Positions 10,012-20,000 of a DNA stretch of 64,000 bases are shown here, piece by piece; position 1 is the stretch's first letter; every line of letters begins with the position of its first letter. The stretch spans positions 1,952,001-2,016,000 of the forward strand of contig OZ220732.1 of the NCBI GenBank assembly GCA_965116905.1, in the 5' to 3' direction. The notes below the pieces were generated by a model that worked only from the letters and a program-made list of their open reading frames with translations, was not told the DNA's origin and searched no databases. The translations under genes were made by a program, and so were the position numbers. This DNA is from Longimicrobiales bacterium (GTDB lineage: Bacteria > Gemmatimonadota > Gemmatimonadetes > Longimicrobiales > Gaopeijiaceae).

Positions 10012-10749
10012 ATGTGCCGCCTGTTGTGCGTTCAGGGCCGCGAGGCCTTCGAGATGGCGGGTCACCTCGATGCGTTCGCAGCCGTCGCCAGAGACTGCCG
10101 TGAGTATCAGGGTCACGGCTGGGGATGCGCGTGGCTCGACCGCGGCGTGTGGCGGCTCCACCACGATATCGCACCGATCTGGGAGGATTCCTGGAGGCCG
10201 CCGGGCCGGACGAAGCTGCTCGTGGCTCATGCGAGAAGCGCGTTCCGCGACGAGGGAATCCGCGTGGAGAACAATATGCCGTTCACCGACGGAGAACGCG
10301 TGTTCGTCTTCAACGGCGAACTCCACGGCGTGAGGATCAAGGAGCGGGGCCGAATCGGCGCCGAGAAGGTGTTCAACTTCGTCAAGCGCTTCGATCGCGG
10401 AGATTTCGGGCTGGCGCTGCAGCGGGGACTCGGGGTGATCGAGAAGCGCACCCGCCACGTGCGTGCAATGAACCTGATCGTGGCCGACCGGTCGGCTCAG
10501 GTTCACGTTGCGATGAACTTCCGGGAGGATCCCGAATACTTTCAAATGCACACTGCGGAATCGGACGGTTTCCGGATCGTCTGCTCCGATCCCTATCCCG
10601 AGTCCACCGGGCGCCGCCCGTCCGAGGCGTCCGGCGGGTTGCCCGAGCCCTTTGCGCCCGAAGCCCATGCGGGGGCGGCCGTGGCGTGGGTTCCCCTGCG
10701 GAAGGGTGAGGTGCTGACCTTCAACCGCGAACCGTCCGGCCAGCGATGA
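10012..10749 (+). CDS. Class II glutamine amidotransferase / Ntn-hydrolase (YafJ/EgtC-like); candidate LysK replacement
   Basis: Starts MCRLL (Cys2 nucleophile). GHGWG, AHARSA, ENNMPF and FVFNGEL motifs. Sits 7 bp after lysY and 13 bp before lysZ. Confidence 0.85.
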   Translation: MCRLLCVQGREAFEMAGHLDAFAAVARDCREYQGHGWGCAWLDRGVWRLHHDIAPIWEDSWRPPGRTKLLVAHARSAFRDEGIRVENNMPFTDGERVFVFNGELHGVRIKERGRIGAEKVFNFVKRFDRGDFGLALQRGLGVIEKRTRHVRAMNLIVADRSAQVHVAMNFREDPEYFQMHTAESDGFRIVCSDPYPESTGRRPSEASGGLPEPFAPEAHAGAAVAWVPLRKGEVLTFNREPSGQR

Positions 10750-10762
10750 ATGGAGTGACAAG

Positions 10763-11554
10763 GTGCTGCTCGTAAAGATCGGCGGCGGTGAGTCAATCAA
10801 TCTGGCGGGCATCGCCAGCGACCTTGCCGATGTCGATGATTCCGTCTGCATCGTCCACGGGGCCAACGCGCTTCGTGACGACCTGGCGCGGCGGCTGGAG
10901 GTGGACAAGCAGGTTCTGACCTCCGTTTCGGGTTACACCAGCGTGTACACGGACGAGAAGCTCATGGACGTGATGCTCATGGCCTACTCGGGGCTCCGCA
11001 ACAAGCGCCTGGTGGAGCTGTTGCAGAGGCACGGGGTGAATGCGGTGGGACTTACCGGCCTGGACGGTGCTCTCGTTCGCGGCACGCGCAACAAGGGCAT
11101 CCGCGTGCGGCAGGGTGGGAAGACCCTGATCAAGCGGGATCTGTCGGGCAAGCCGGTCACGGTGAACGGGCAACTGCTCCGGCTCCTGCTGGACAACGGC
11201 TACACGCCGGTCGTGACCGTGCCGGTGATCGACGAAAACAGTTTTGCCATCAACTCGGAAAACGACGACGTCGTCGCCGCGTTGAATACGGTGCTGAAGG
11301 CGAGCATAGTGGTGCAATTGATCGAGGCGCCCGGCATCCTGGAGGACCGTCACGACCCCGGATCCCTGATCCGGCGCATCCCGCGTGGCGAATTGGCCGA
11401 TCGGGAGAAGCGTGTGGCTGGCCGCATGAAACGCAAGCTGCTGGCGCTCAGACGGCTCACCGAAGAGTCGTCGACGCAGGTGGTGGTGGCGGACGGACGC
11501 CGCGAAAAGCCGCTGACGGATGCGCTGGCCGGCGAGGGGACCGTGATCCTGTGA
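10763..11554 (+). CDS. lysZ: [LysW]-aminoadipate kinase LysZ (ArgB family)
   Basis: VKIGGG, VHGAN, SGYTSVYTD, RDLSGKP and GRMKRKL, in lysW operon context. Confidence 0.92.
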   Translation: MLLVKIGGGESINLAGIASDLADVDDSVCIVHGANALRDDLARRLEVDKQVLTSVSGYTSVYTDEKLMDVMLMAYSGLRNKRLVELLQRHGVNAVGLTGLDGALVRGTRNKGIRVRQGGKTLIKRDLSGKPVTVNGQLLRLLLDNGYTPVVTVPVIDENSFAINSENDDVVAALNTVLKASIVVQLIEAPGILEDRHDPGSLIRRIPRGELADREKRVAGRMKRKLLALRRLTEESSTQVVVADGRREKPLTDALAGEGTVIL

Positions 11555-12747
11555 GCACACGCGCGGACCGGCCCGGCAAGGCAGTTCCCGAGCCTCGGGA
11601 CGCGCAGGCGACCGAGCGCGCCTATGGGCTTGAAGTCTATCCCAAGCGTGACCTTACAGTCGTCAGGGGAAGGGGAGCGGAGGTCTGGGACGACAACGGC
11701 CGCCGCTACATCGACTGCGTCGCTGGGATCGGGGTGGCAAGTGTCGGACACGCCAACGCTGCGGTCGCCGCGGCCGTGGCCGAACAGGCGCGAACGCTTG
11801 TGACCTGCCCCGGGATCTTCTACAACGACACGCGCGCGCGTCTGCTGGAGAAGCTGGCCGAGGTGGCCCCCGAAGGCCTCTCACACGCCTTTCTTTGCAA
11901 CTCGGGAACCGAGGCGATCGAGGCGGCGTTCAAGTTCGCGCGCATCGTGACGGGACGCGTCGGAGTCGTTTCGACCATGCGTGGGTTTCACGGCCGGACG
12001 CTCGGGGCCCTCAGCGCGACGCACAGGAAGGACTACCGGGAGCGGTTCAAGCCCCTCGTCCCGGGCTTCTCGTTCGTGCCGTTCAACAATGTGGACAAGC
12101 TGCGCGCGGCGGTGAGCGAAGCCACGGCGGCGGTGGTGATCGAGCCCATCCAGGGGGAGGGGGGAATCCGTCCCGCAAACGCGGAGTTCCTCCATGCGGC
12201 GCGCGAGGCATGCGATGAAGCGGGCGCCCTCCTGATCTTCGACGAGATCCAGACCGGCTTTTGCCGTACGGGCAGGATGTTCGCGTGCGAGCACTACGAG
12301 GTGACGCCGGACATCCTGTGCCTCGCCAAGGCGATGGGCGGCGGAGTGCCGATCGGGGCGGTGCTCGCGGTCGACCGGGTCAGCCCGCCAGTCGGCAAGC
12401 ACGGCACCACGTTCGGCGGGAATCCGCTCGCCTGCGCGGCCGCCCTGGCCGCGATCCGGTTCATGGAGGATGAGCGGTTGGCGGAGCGGGCGGCACGTCT
12501 CGGCACCCGCTTCCGCACACGGTTCGAGCGGCACTCGCCCGCTCGCGTGCGGGCGCTTCGTCAGGTCGGTCTGATGATCGGCGTCGAACTGCGCGAACGC
12601 TGCGTGCCGTACCTCAAGGCGCTGATGGAGCGAGGCGTGCTGGCGCTGCCGGCTGGAAAGACCGTGATCCGCGTGCTGCCGCCGCTGGTGATCAGCGAGG
12701 AGCAGATCGACGAAGTCGTGGACACGCTGGTTGACGTATTGGCCTAG
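11551..12747 (+). CDS. lysJ: [LysW]-aminoadipate semialdehyde transaminase LysJ (ArgD family, class III PLP)
   Basis: [46 protein letters not shown] and [12 protein letters not shown]. Confidence 0.92.
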   Translation: MSTRADRPGKAVPEPRDAQATERAYGLEVYPKRDLTVVRGRGAEVWDDNGRRYIDCVAGIGVASVGHANAAVAAAVAEQARTLVTCPGIFYNDTRARLLEKLAEVAPEGLSHAFLCNSGTEAIEAAFKFARIVTGRVGVVSTMRGFHGRTLGALSATHRKDYRERFKPLVPGFSFVPFNNVDKLRAAVSEATAAVVIEPIQGEGGIRPANAEFLHAAREACDEAGALLIFDEIQTGFCRTGRMFACEHYEVTPDILCLAKAMGGGVPIGAVLAVDRVSPPVGKHGTTFGGNPLACAAALAAIRFMEDERLAERAARLGTRFRTRFERHSPARVRALRQVGLMIGVELRERCVPYLKALMERGVLALPAGKTVIRVLPPLVISEEQIDEVVDTLVDVLA

Positions 12748-12827
12748 TGTCGCGTACCGGACCGGTGGCCGTGCAGAGCTCGGCCTGCCGCGGAAGCTGA
12801 TCGACCAGCGGCGGCCGGGACGCCAAG

Positions 12828-14849
12828 TCAGCGACCGGGCCTGAAGCCGTCGACCTCCTCCAGGGCGCCCAGCGCGAAGAGCGGCGCCCAGCTCTGGAAC
12901 CGATGCCCGCGCCCTGCGCCCGTCCGGGAATCGAAGTTCTCGCGGCACATTCCCGTGCTGGCGCGGTCGGCGAGAAACATGCGGGCGCCCTTCCAGGCAA
13001 GGTCGTGGGCGAGGTCGTCGAAGCCGTACCGGCGGAGGCCCTGCAAGACAAGGTAGTTCATGGGGGGCCAGATCGAACCGCGCCAGTACTGCTGGTCATC
13101 GAAGGCGGGGTCGTCCCGCGAGATCGTGGGCAGCACCCACTCGCCCCAGAAGCGTGCCGGGTCGCGCAGTACGTCGACCATGAGCCGGGCGCGGCGCCGT
13201 GAAGGCACGCCCGCGACGAGGGGGAGGAAGTTCGACGCGGCCACGCGCGGCGACTGGCCCAGGGGGAGTTCGTCCAGGTACATGCCGGCCCTCTCGGACC
13301 AGAGGGCCGCGTTCATCGTCCTTGCGAGGTCGTGGCGCATGTCTTCCAGTCGCCGTGCGGTCGGGCCGTCGTCCAGGATGTGCGCAATGCGTGACAGGCA
13401 CTCGAGGTCGAGGGCACGGTAGCTGCAAAGGTCGACCGCCGACATCGCGAGGACCTGCCGCTCCGGATCCCACTCGGCCTCGTCCCAGAGGGGCAGATCG
13501 TCCTGGCCCGATTCCCACGCCGCGCGCTGGTGGCCGCTCGCTCCCGCTTCCCACTCGGGGACCTGCTGGGGCGGCGGAACCAGCGCCGTATCGGAACCCC
13601 ACGAAAACAGGCCCGGGGTGAGCCCTTCGCGGCGGGGCCGCCCGTTTTTCTCCGCCACCCACCACTCGCACCACGTGAGGAGGTCGGGGTACACGGCGGC
13701 GAGCCTGCCGCGGTCGGGGTGGGCCTGGTGCAGACGCAGTGCCGCGTAGGAGCCGATGGGCGGTTGCGAGCGGTCGGGTGTGCCCGCGTGGCGGCTGCGC
13801 CAGTTCGGGACGCAGCCGTTGGGGTATCGGGACCGAAGGCCAGCCAGGAGGGTGCTCCATGCGAGCTCCCGCGACACGGTCGCAAGTTCGAGGGCGTTGA
13901 AGAAGCTGTCCCACCCAAAGACGGTCCAATCATCGGGTTGCGGGGTGGTGGGCGCCGCTGGGTGTTGGCGGGTCGACTCGGCGGCGGCGCCTGGCCGAGG
14001 AAAGATCCACCGGCGGCCCGCCGGAGCGTACAGCCGTCCGGTCTCGGGCTGAAGCAAAACCGTCCACATGAGGTTGTCGGCGATGCTCTCGAGCAGATCG
14101 GGGTGGCCCACCGCCCGGGGCCGCCGCCGCCCCCACTCGCCGCGCGCCTCGTCGATCCAGGCATCCGCCTGGTCGACCAGCCGCGCGGCTCGGGCGGCGG
14201 CCCCGGCCCCTCCCCACGCGGCCACCATCACCAGACGCCCGGTCGCGCCATCCACGATGTCGAGGACGCGCGCCACCTCTCCGGCGCGCAGCGGCACGGC
14301 CGACGCGTCGCCGGGCGCGAGGCGCCGCCCCGCGCCCGGCGCGAACGCGGTGGCGATGTCCACGCTCCCGCACCGGGTCCGCCAGCCGTTCACGGGCGCC
14401 GTGCCCTTGGCGACCGCAATGGCCCGGCCGTCGCCCTGTCCCTGTCCCTCCCCCTCCTCCATCTCCATCCAGCGCGGCTTCCAACTCCAGGGGGCATCCC
14501 CGATGAGCTCCAGCCGGCCCGGGGCCCTGGCCGTGACGCGCAACGCCACCGCGTTCCCGCCGCACGACCATTCCAGTACCAGGGTGCTCGATCGAGGCGC
14601 CGAAGCGGGCGACGCCTCCGCGCTCAGGTCGAACTCCATGCGCGCGTACGACCCGTCGGGCGCGTGGGGCCCGACCCGCGTGACCATCCAATACCAGTCG
14701 CCGTGATCGCGGCGGCGTCCCTCGGGATCGGTGAAGGCGAGACGAACGGCTGCGCCCTCGTTCGGACCCGCGGCAAGGACCAGGCCGGCCCAGCGGGACG
14801 CTTCCAGCGCACCGACCGACAGACCTGTCTCTGGAATCGGTCTCGCCAT
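12828..14849 (-). CDS. GH63/MGH1-like (trehalase-like) glycoside hydrolase
   Basis: FGWDSFF, RSQPP, WESGQDD, YWRGSIWPPMNY and ENFDS motifs of the (alpha/alpha)6 barrel. Confidence 0.85.
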   Translation of the reverse strand: MARPIPETGLSVGALEASRWAGLVLAAGPNEGAAVRLAFTDPEGRRRDHGDWYWMVTRVGPHAPDGSYARMEFDLSAEASPASAPRSSTLVLEWSCGGNAVALRVTARAPGRLELIGDAPWSWKPRWMEMEEGEGQGQGDGRAIAVAKGTAPVNGWRTRCGSVDIATAFAPGAGRRLAPGDASAVPLRAGEVARVLDIVDGATGRLVMVAAWGGAGAAARAARLVDQADAWIDEARGEWGRRRPRAVGHPDLLESIADNLMWTVLLQPETGRLYAPAGRRWIFPRPGAAAESTRQHPAAPTTPQPDDWTVFGWDSFFNALELATVSRELAWSTLLAGLRSRYPNGCVPNWRSRHAGTPDRSQPPIGSYAALRLHQAHPDRGRLAAVYPDLLTWCEWWVAEKNGRPRREGLTPGLFSWGSDTALVPPPQQVPEWEAGASGHQRAAWESGQDDLPLWDEAEWDPERQVLAMSAVDLCSYRALDLECLSRIAHILDDGPTARRLEDMRHDLARTMNAALWSERAGMYLDELPLGQSPRVAASNFLPLVAGVPSRRRARLMVDVLRDPARFWGEWVLPTISRDDPAFDDQQYWRGSIWPPMNYLVLQGLRRYGFDDLAHDLAWKGARMFLADRASTGMCRENFDSRTGAGRGHRFQSWAPLFALGALEEVDGFRPGR

Positions 14850-14935
14850 ATTGGTGGGAAAGGTCGTGTACGGGCGGCTTCGGCGCTATTCTTCATTGGA
14901 GTTGATGTTTGGCCCGTGGTGCAACGGAGATGCTG

Positions 14936-16963
14936 ATGGCTGTTGCGACGGACGATGTAGCGACCAGCGCCCTGACGCTGCCCGAGGAGCTCATCCTGAT
15001 GCTCCTCAACGAGGAGAACGGCTACTTCCACCAGGTGCCCGGCTGGCGGCTGAACTGCGCCGTTGTCGGCGCGGTGCTCGCCGAACTCTCGCTGCTCTCG
15101 CGGATCGACACGGACCTGGAGTCCCTGTTCCTTGTCGACTCGGAGAAAACGGGTGACCCTGCCCTGGACCCCATTCTGGAGGAAATCGCGGGCGAATCGG
15201 TGCAGCACAACGCGCAGTACTGGATCGAACGGCTGGCCCACCGTGCCGAGTCCGTCATCGACCTGACCCTCGACCGTCTGGTCGAACTGAAGATCCTGGA
15301 ATACCACGACGGCGATTTCTGGACGGTGGCTCGTACCGTCGTGCACTCGGACATGTACGGCGACCCCGAGGAGGACACGGCTGGGCAGTTCATCAAGACG
15401 CGGATCGGCAAGGCGATCTTCACCGACGCGATTCCGGACCCGAGAGACGTGATCGTCATTTGTCTCGTCAATACCTGCGATGTCTTCCGGTTCATGTTCC
15501 AGCTCGACGACGATGCCGAGGACCGCATCGAGTTCATTTGCAAGATGGATCTGATCGGCCGCTCGATCGCCGCGGCGGTCATGCAAAACGTCGCGGGGCC
15601 ACTGCTTCGGCGTTCCCGCCTGAGCAAGCACATTCCGCGCGTCGCCATGCGCAGGCTGCTGCTCAATTCCAACTTGCGCACCGGTAATCTTCCCGCGCTC
15701 TTTGCGGATCTCGCCAAAGAGTATGGCCCCGTGTACCAGATCCGTCCGCCGCTCAGGAAGCCCATGGTCTTCCTTGCGGGAACCGAGGTCAACCGCTGGA
15801 CGAATCGGCACGGGCGGATGCACCTGAGAACGAGGGACTACTTCGCCGATTTCGAGAAGGTCTACGGTGCATCCGGCGTCTTGCCCTCTCTGGACGGCGC
15901 GGACCATTTCCGGCTTCGCAAGGCCCTGGCGCCGGCATACTCGCGCCGGAGACTCGCGGATCAGGTGGACCAGCTTCTCCACCATAGCCGGACGCACATG
16001 GCCGAATGGCGGGCCGGTGACACCGTCTCCGCGACGAAGATGTGTCGGCGCCTGATCAACGCGCAGATTTCGCCGATGTATGTCAGCGTGGACTCGCAGG
16101 ACATCTTCGACGACATCGCGACATACAAGGAACGGGCGCTCAACGTTCACATCACCAAGGCCCTGCCCGGGTTCATGCTGAAGACTCCGGGAATGAAACG
16201 GCGGGCCAAGGCCGTGGATACGCTTCTGGCACGCATCCAGAGTGTTCATACGCCCGCGCAGCGAGCCGGGTGCCCGCGGAACCTCGCGGATGATCTGCTG
16301 AGCCTCAATGCGAGCGATCCGCAGTTCGTTCCGGAGTCGAACCTGCGTTTCGCGCTGTCCGCGGCGCTGATTGCCAGCGTGTACCTGGGCGACGCGTTCA
16401 GCTTTGTGGTCTACGCGATGGCGTCCAGGCCGGACGACTACGCGAGGATCCGGAGCGAAGCCGACGCTCTGTTCGGCGACGGCGATCCGGTTGGCGACGA
16501 CTTCACGCCATCCGCGTTGGACTTCACCCACCGCTTCCTCATGGAATGCCTGCGGATGTACCCGATTGTCCCGATGTCCATGCGCACCGTCATGAATGCG
16601 TGCGTGGTCGAGGGCTACGAACTGCCGGTGGGTACGACAATCCTGATCGCGCAGACGGCCCCGCACTTCATGGAAGACGTCTTCCGGGACCCGTTCACAT
16701 TCGATGTGGACCGCTATCGGGCTCCGCGTAATGAGCACCGGGGTCACGGGTATGCACCCTACGGCCTGGGCACGCACAGGTGTCTCGGCTTCCGCTGGAT
16801 GGAGCTGCAGTTGGCCATCAACGCCCTGATGGTCGCGCACTACTTCACGGTCAAGGTGTCCCCGGAGAACTTCAGGTTCAGGTTCAATCCCTTCCCGTCG
16901 ATGAAACCGAGCAAGAAGCTGAAGTTCCGCATCGCGGAGCAGGTGCGGGAACTGCCGGGCTAA
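14936..16963 (+). CDS. Cytochrome P450 with N-terminal GPP34/GOLPH3-like domain
   Basis: N-terminal LTLPEELILMLL...GAVLAELSL..RI (GPP34 signature). C-terminal ExxR (ECLR) and heme motif YGLGTHRCLG. GGAG RBS before 14936; 14930 is an alternative start. Confidence 0.88.
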   Translation: MAVATDDVATSALTLPEELILMLLNEENGYFHQVPGWRLNCAVVGAVLAELSLLSRIDTDLESLFLVDSEKTGDPALDPILEEIAGESVQHNAQYWIERLAHRAESVIDLTLDRLVELKILEYHDGDFWTVARTVVHSDMYGDPEEDTAGQFIKTRIGKAIFTDAIPDPRDVIVICLVNTCDVFRFMFQLDDDAEDRIEFICKMDLIGRSIAAAVMQNVAGPLLRRSRLSKHIPRVAMRRLLLNSNLRTGNLPALFADLAKEYGPVYQIRPPLRKPMVFLAGTEVNRWTNRHGRMHLRTRDYFADFEKVYGASGVLPSLDGADHFRLRKALAPAYSRRRLADQVDQLLHHSRTHMAEWRAGDTVSATKMCRRLINAQISPMYVSVDSQDIFDDIATYKERALNVHITKALPGFMLKTPGMKRRAKAVDTLLARIQSVHTPAQRAGCPRNLADDLLSLNASDPQFVPESNLRFALSAALIASVYLGDAFSFVVYAMASRPDDYARIRSEADALFGDGDPVGDDFTPSALDFTHRFLMECLRMYPIVPMSMRTVMNACVVEGYELPVGTTILIAQTAPHFMEDVFRDPFTFDVDRYRAPRNEHRGHGYAPYGLGTHRCLGFRWMELQLAINALMVAHYFTVKVSPENFRFRFNPFPSMKPSKKLKFRIAEQVRELPG

Positions 16964-17053
16964 CGTGCGGAGCCGGCGGGCCGTGATCACGCGAGTGGCG
17001 CCCGGCTCGCCGCCGACGACATTCTCGTCCACACCAGGCTGATCCAACAGAAA

Positions 17054-20000
17054 ATGAGCGGGAACTCGAGCAATCACGGAGAACCTGGCGGCCCCATAGC
17101 CTATATGGCGAGCAACGGCGTCGCCGCCAATCTGCTCATGTTCGGGATCATTGCAGCGGGTCTGGTGTCGCTGACCGGTCTCGAGCAGGAGGGATGGCCC
17201 GAGGTACCCTTCAACCAGTTCGAGATCTCCGTGCCCTTCCCCGGCGCAACGCCCGAGGAGGTCGAGGAGGCCATCGTCGTCAAGATCGAGGACGAGGTCA
17301 GGGGACTCGCCGATGTGAAGGCAGTCAGGTCCATAGCCGCGCCCGGGATGGCGTCCGTCAGGGTCGAAGTCAACTCCGGTACGGACATGGGCGCCAAGAA
17401 AGACGAGATCGAGTCGGCGGTCGGGCGCATTCAGACGTTTCCGAGCGGAGCCGAGCGGCCCCAGATACGCGAGATGACCAACGCCCAGAGCGTGATTCGC
17501 CTGATTGTCTACGGCGACGTTCCCGAGCGCTCACTGAAGGAGCTCGCGTACCGGATCGAAGACGACCTCGCCGCGCTTCCCTCCGTCTCCCAGGTCGCGA
17601 CCAGCGGAGTGCGCGACTACGAGGTCTCGATCGAAGTGCCGCAGCAGCGTCTCAGAGCTCTCGGCCTGACCCTGACCGATATCGCGAACACGGTTCGCCG
17701 CAACTCGCTGGATTTGTCGGCGGGCAGCATCGATACCCGGGAGTCCCAGGTGCGGGTGCGCACACTGGGCCAGAGTTACGACCAAATGGATTTCGAGGAA
17801 ATCGTCATCCTCAGCCGGGACGACGGCACGGTCGTGCGCCTGGGTGATATCGCCGAAGTGCGTGACGGTTTTCAGGACACGGATCTGATCGTGCGGCATC
17901 AGGGCCGGCCCGCAGTCTTCGTCGAGGTATCCCGGGCGCAGGGCGAAAGGGTCATGAGCGTGGCGCGTGCCGTCAGGGAGCACATAGCCGACGAGGTGAT
18001 CCCCTCCCTTCCCAACGGCGTGGGCGTGACCATCTGGAACGACGACTCCACGGCGTTCACGGAGCGTGGCGCCCTCCTCCTCAAGAACGGGGCTCTGGGG
18101 CTGCTGCTGGTGTTGATCGCGCTGGGTCTTTTTCTGGAAGTCCGGCTGGCCTTCTGGGTAGCCGTCGGCCTTGGCGTTTCGGGGATCGGCGCCCTGGCCG
18201 CCATGATGATGTTCGACATCGCGATCCACGCTGTCTCGCTCTTCTCTTTCGTGCTCGCCATCGGAATCATCGTGGACGATGCGATCGTCGTTGCCGAACA
18301 TATCCATCTGGAACGAATGCGAGGCACATCCGGTGTCGTCGCCGCGATCCGTGGTGCGCGGCGGATCAGGGTGCCGCTGATCTTCGCGGTGCTCACCACC
18401 ATCGTTGCGTTCGTGCCCCTGCTCTTCATTCCCGCGGGGTTCGGAGAAGTCTGGAAGGCGCTGCCCATCATCGTCATCGCCATGCTGGTGATCTCACTGA
18501 TCGAATCGCTGCTGGTGCTGCCGAACCACCTGTCGCACCATCTGCACGGCCCCGATTGGACGCCCCGAACGGGCGCGGAACGGTTCGTCGCCCGCATCCA
18601 GGGTCGGGTCGATTCCCTGCTGGACCGTTTCATCCAGGGTCCCCTGGATCACGCGATGCGGTTCGCGACCGATCAACCCGGCGTAACGCTCTCCGCGGCT
18701 GCCGCCCTCTTCATTCTGACCGTTTCCCTGCTGCCGGCGGGCATCGTACCAACCACCTTTGCGACCGAGGTCGAGGGGGACTTCGTAACCGCCACCCTTC
18801 AGATGCCGGACGGAACCACCGCGCGGCAGACGGACGCGGTGGCACAGGACCTGGAAGCGGCCGGTCACAGGGTCATCCAGCGTCTCTCCGAGGGCCGGCC
18901 CGCGGATGCGCCTCCGCTTCTATCCGGCGTTACGGTCGTCGTTGGTCAGCGGTCGCGGATCGAGACTGGTGGTCTCAACCCCTCGCCCACCCTGAATCCC
19001 GAAGCCAATATCGCCACCATCGAGTTCAAGCTCCTGCCCGCGCAGCAGCGACGCATCACTTCGGGAGAAGTCATGCAGGCCTGGCGTGAGGAAGTGGGTA
19101 TCCTGCCCCAGGTGCGCGCGATCACCTTCATGAGCGAGATCTACACGCTGGGCAACCCGGTGGAGGCCGTGCTGTCCCATCCGGATCCGGAGCGCCTGGT
19201 GACGATCGCGTCATCCATGGTCGATGAACTCCGTCGAGTGGCGGGGGTCTTTGACATTCGCTCGGATCACACGCCCGGCGTCCCGGAGATTCAGCTGGGA
19301 CTGTTGCCCGAGGCACGAACCCTCGGCCTGACGCTCGACGCCCTGGCCCAGCAGGCGAGAGCCGTCTTCTTTGGGGCGGAGGCCCTGAGGGTGCAGCGGG
19401 GCCGCGACGAAGTCCGCGTCTACGTCCGGCTGCCCGAGGAGCAGCGCAACTCGATCACCGATATCGAGAACTACCTGTTCCGTACGGCAACCGGCGCCGA
19501 GGTGCCGGTGAGCCGTGTGGCTTCACTGAGTATGGGCATGTCGCCGCCGGCCATCCATCGCCAGGACGGCCAGCGCGTCGTCACGGTCACCGCCGATGTG
19601 GACCCGAATGTGATTACCGCCGGGGAAGCCAATGGCATCCTGGAAAACACCATCATCGCAGGACTGGTCGATACGAACCCCGAACTGACCTATACCTTCG
19701 GCGGCGAACAGCAGCAGCAGCTCGACTCTCTGGGCGCGCTCTACCGCGGTTTCGCGATCGCGTTGCTGATCATCTTCGCGCTGCTGGCCATTCCGCTGCG
19801 TTCCTATACCAAGCCGTTCATTATCATGGCCATCATTCCGTTCGGGTTCGTCGGCGTGATCCTGGGCCACTGGGTCCTGGGAGTGGCGTTGAGCGCGGAG
19901 TCCTTTGTCGGGATATTCGGCCTGGCGGGCGTGGTGGTGAACGATTCCCTGGTCATGATGGACTTCATCGATCAGGAACTCGAGGAGGGCCTGCCCGCGC

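Noticed and set aside
7979..12747. LysW operon as a secondary-metabolite (AmCP-type) cluster
   Set aside because: No transketolase-like, NRPS or tailoring genes adjacent; the content fits primary amino acid synthesis.
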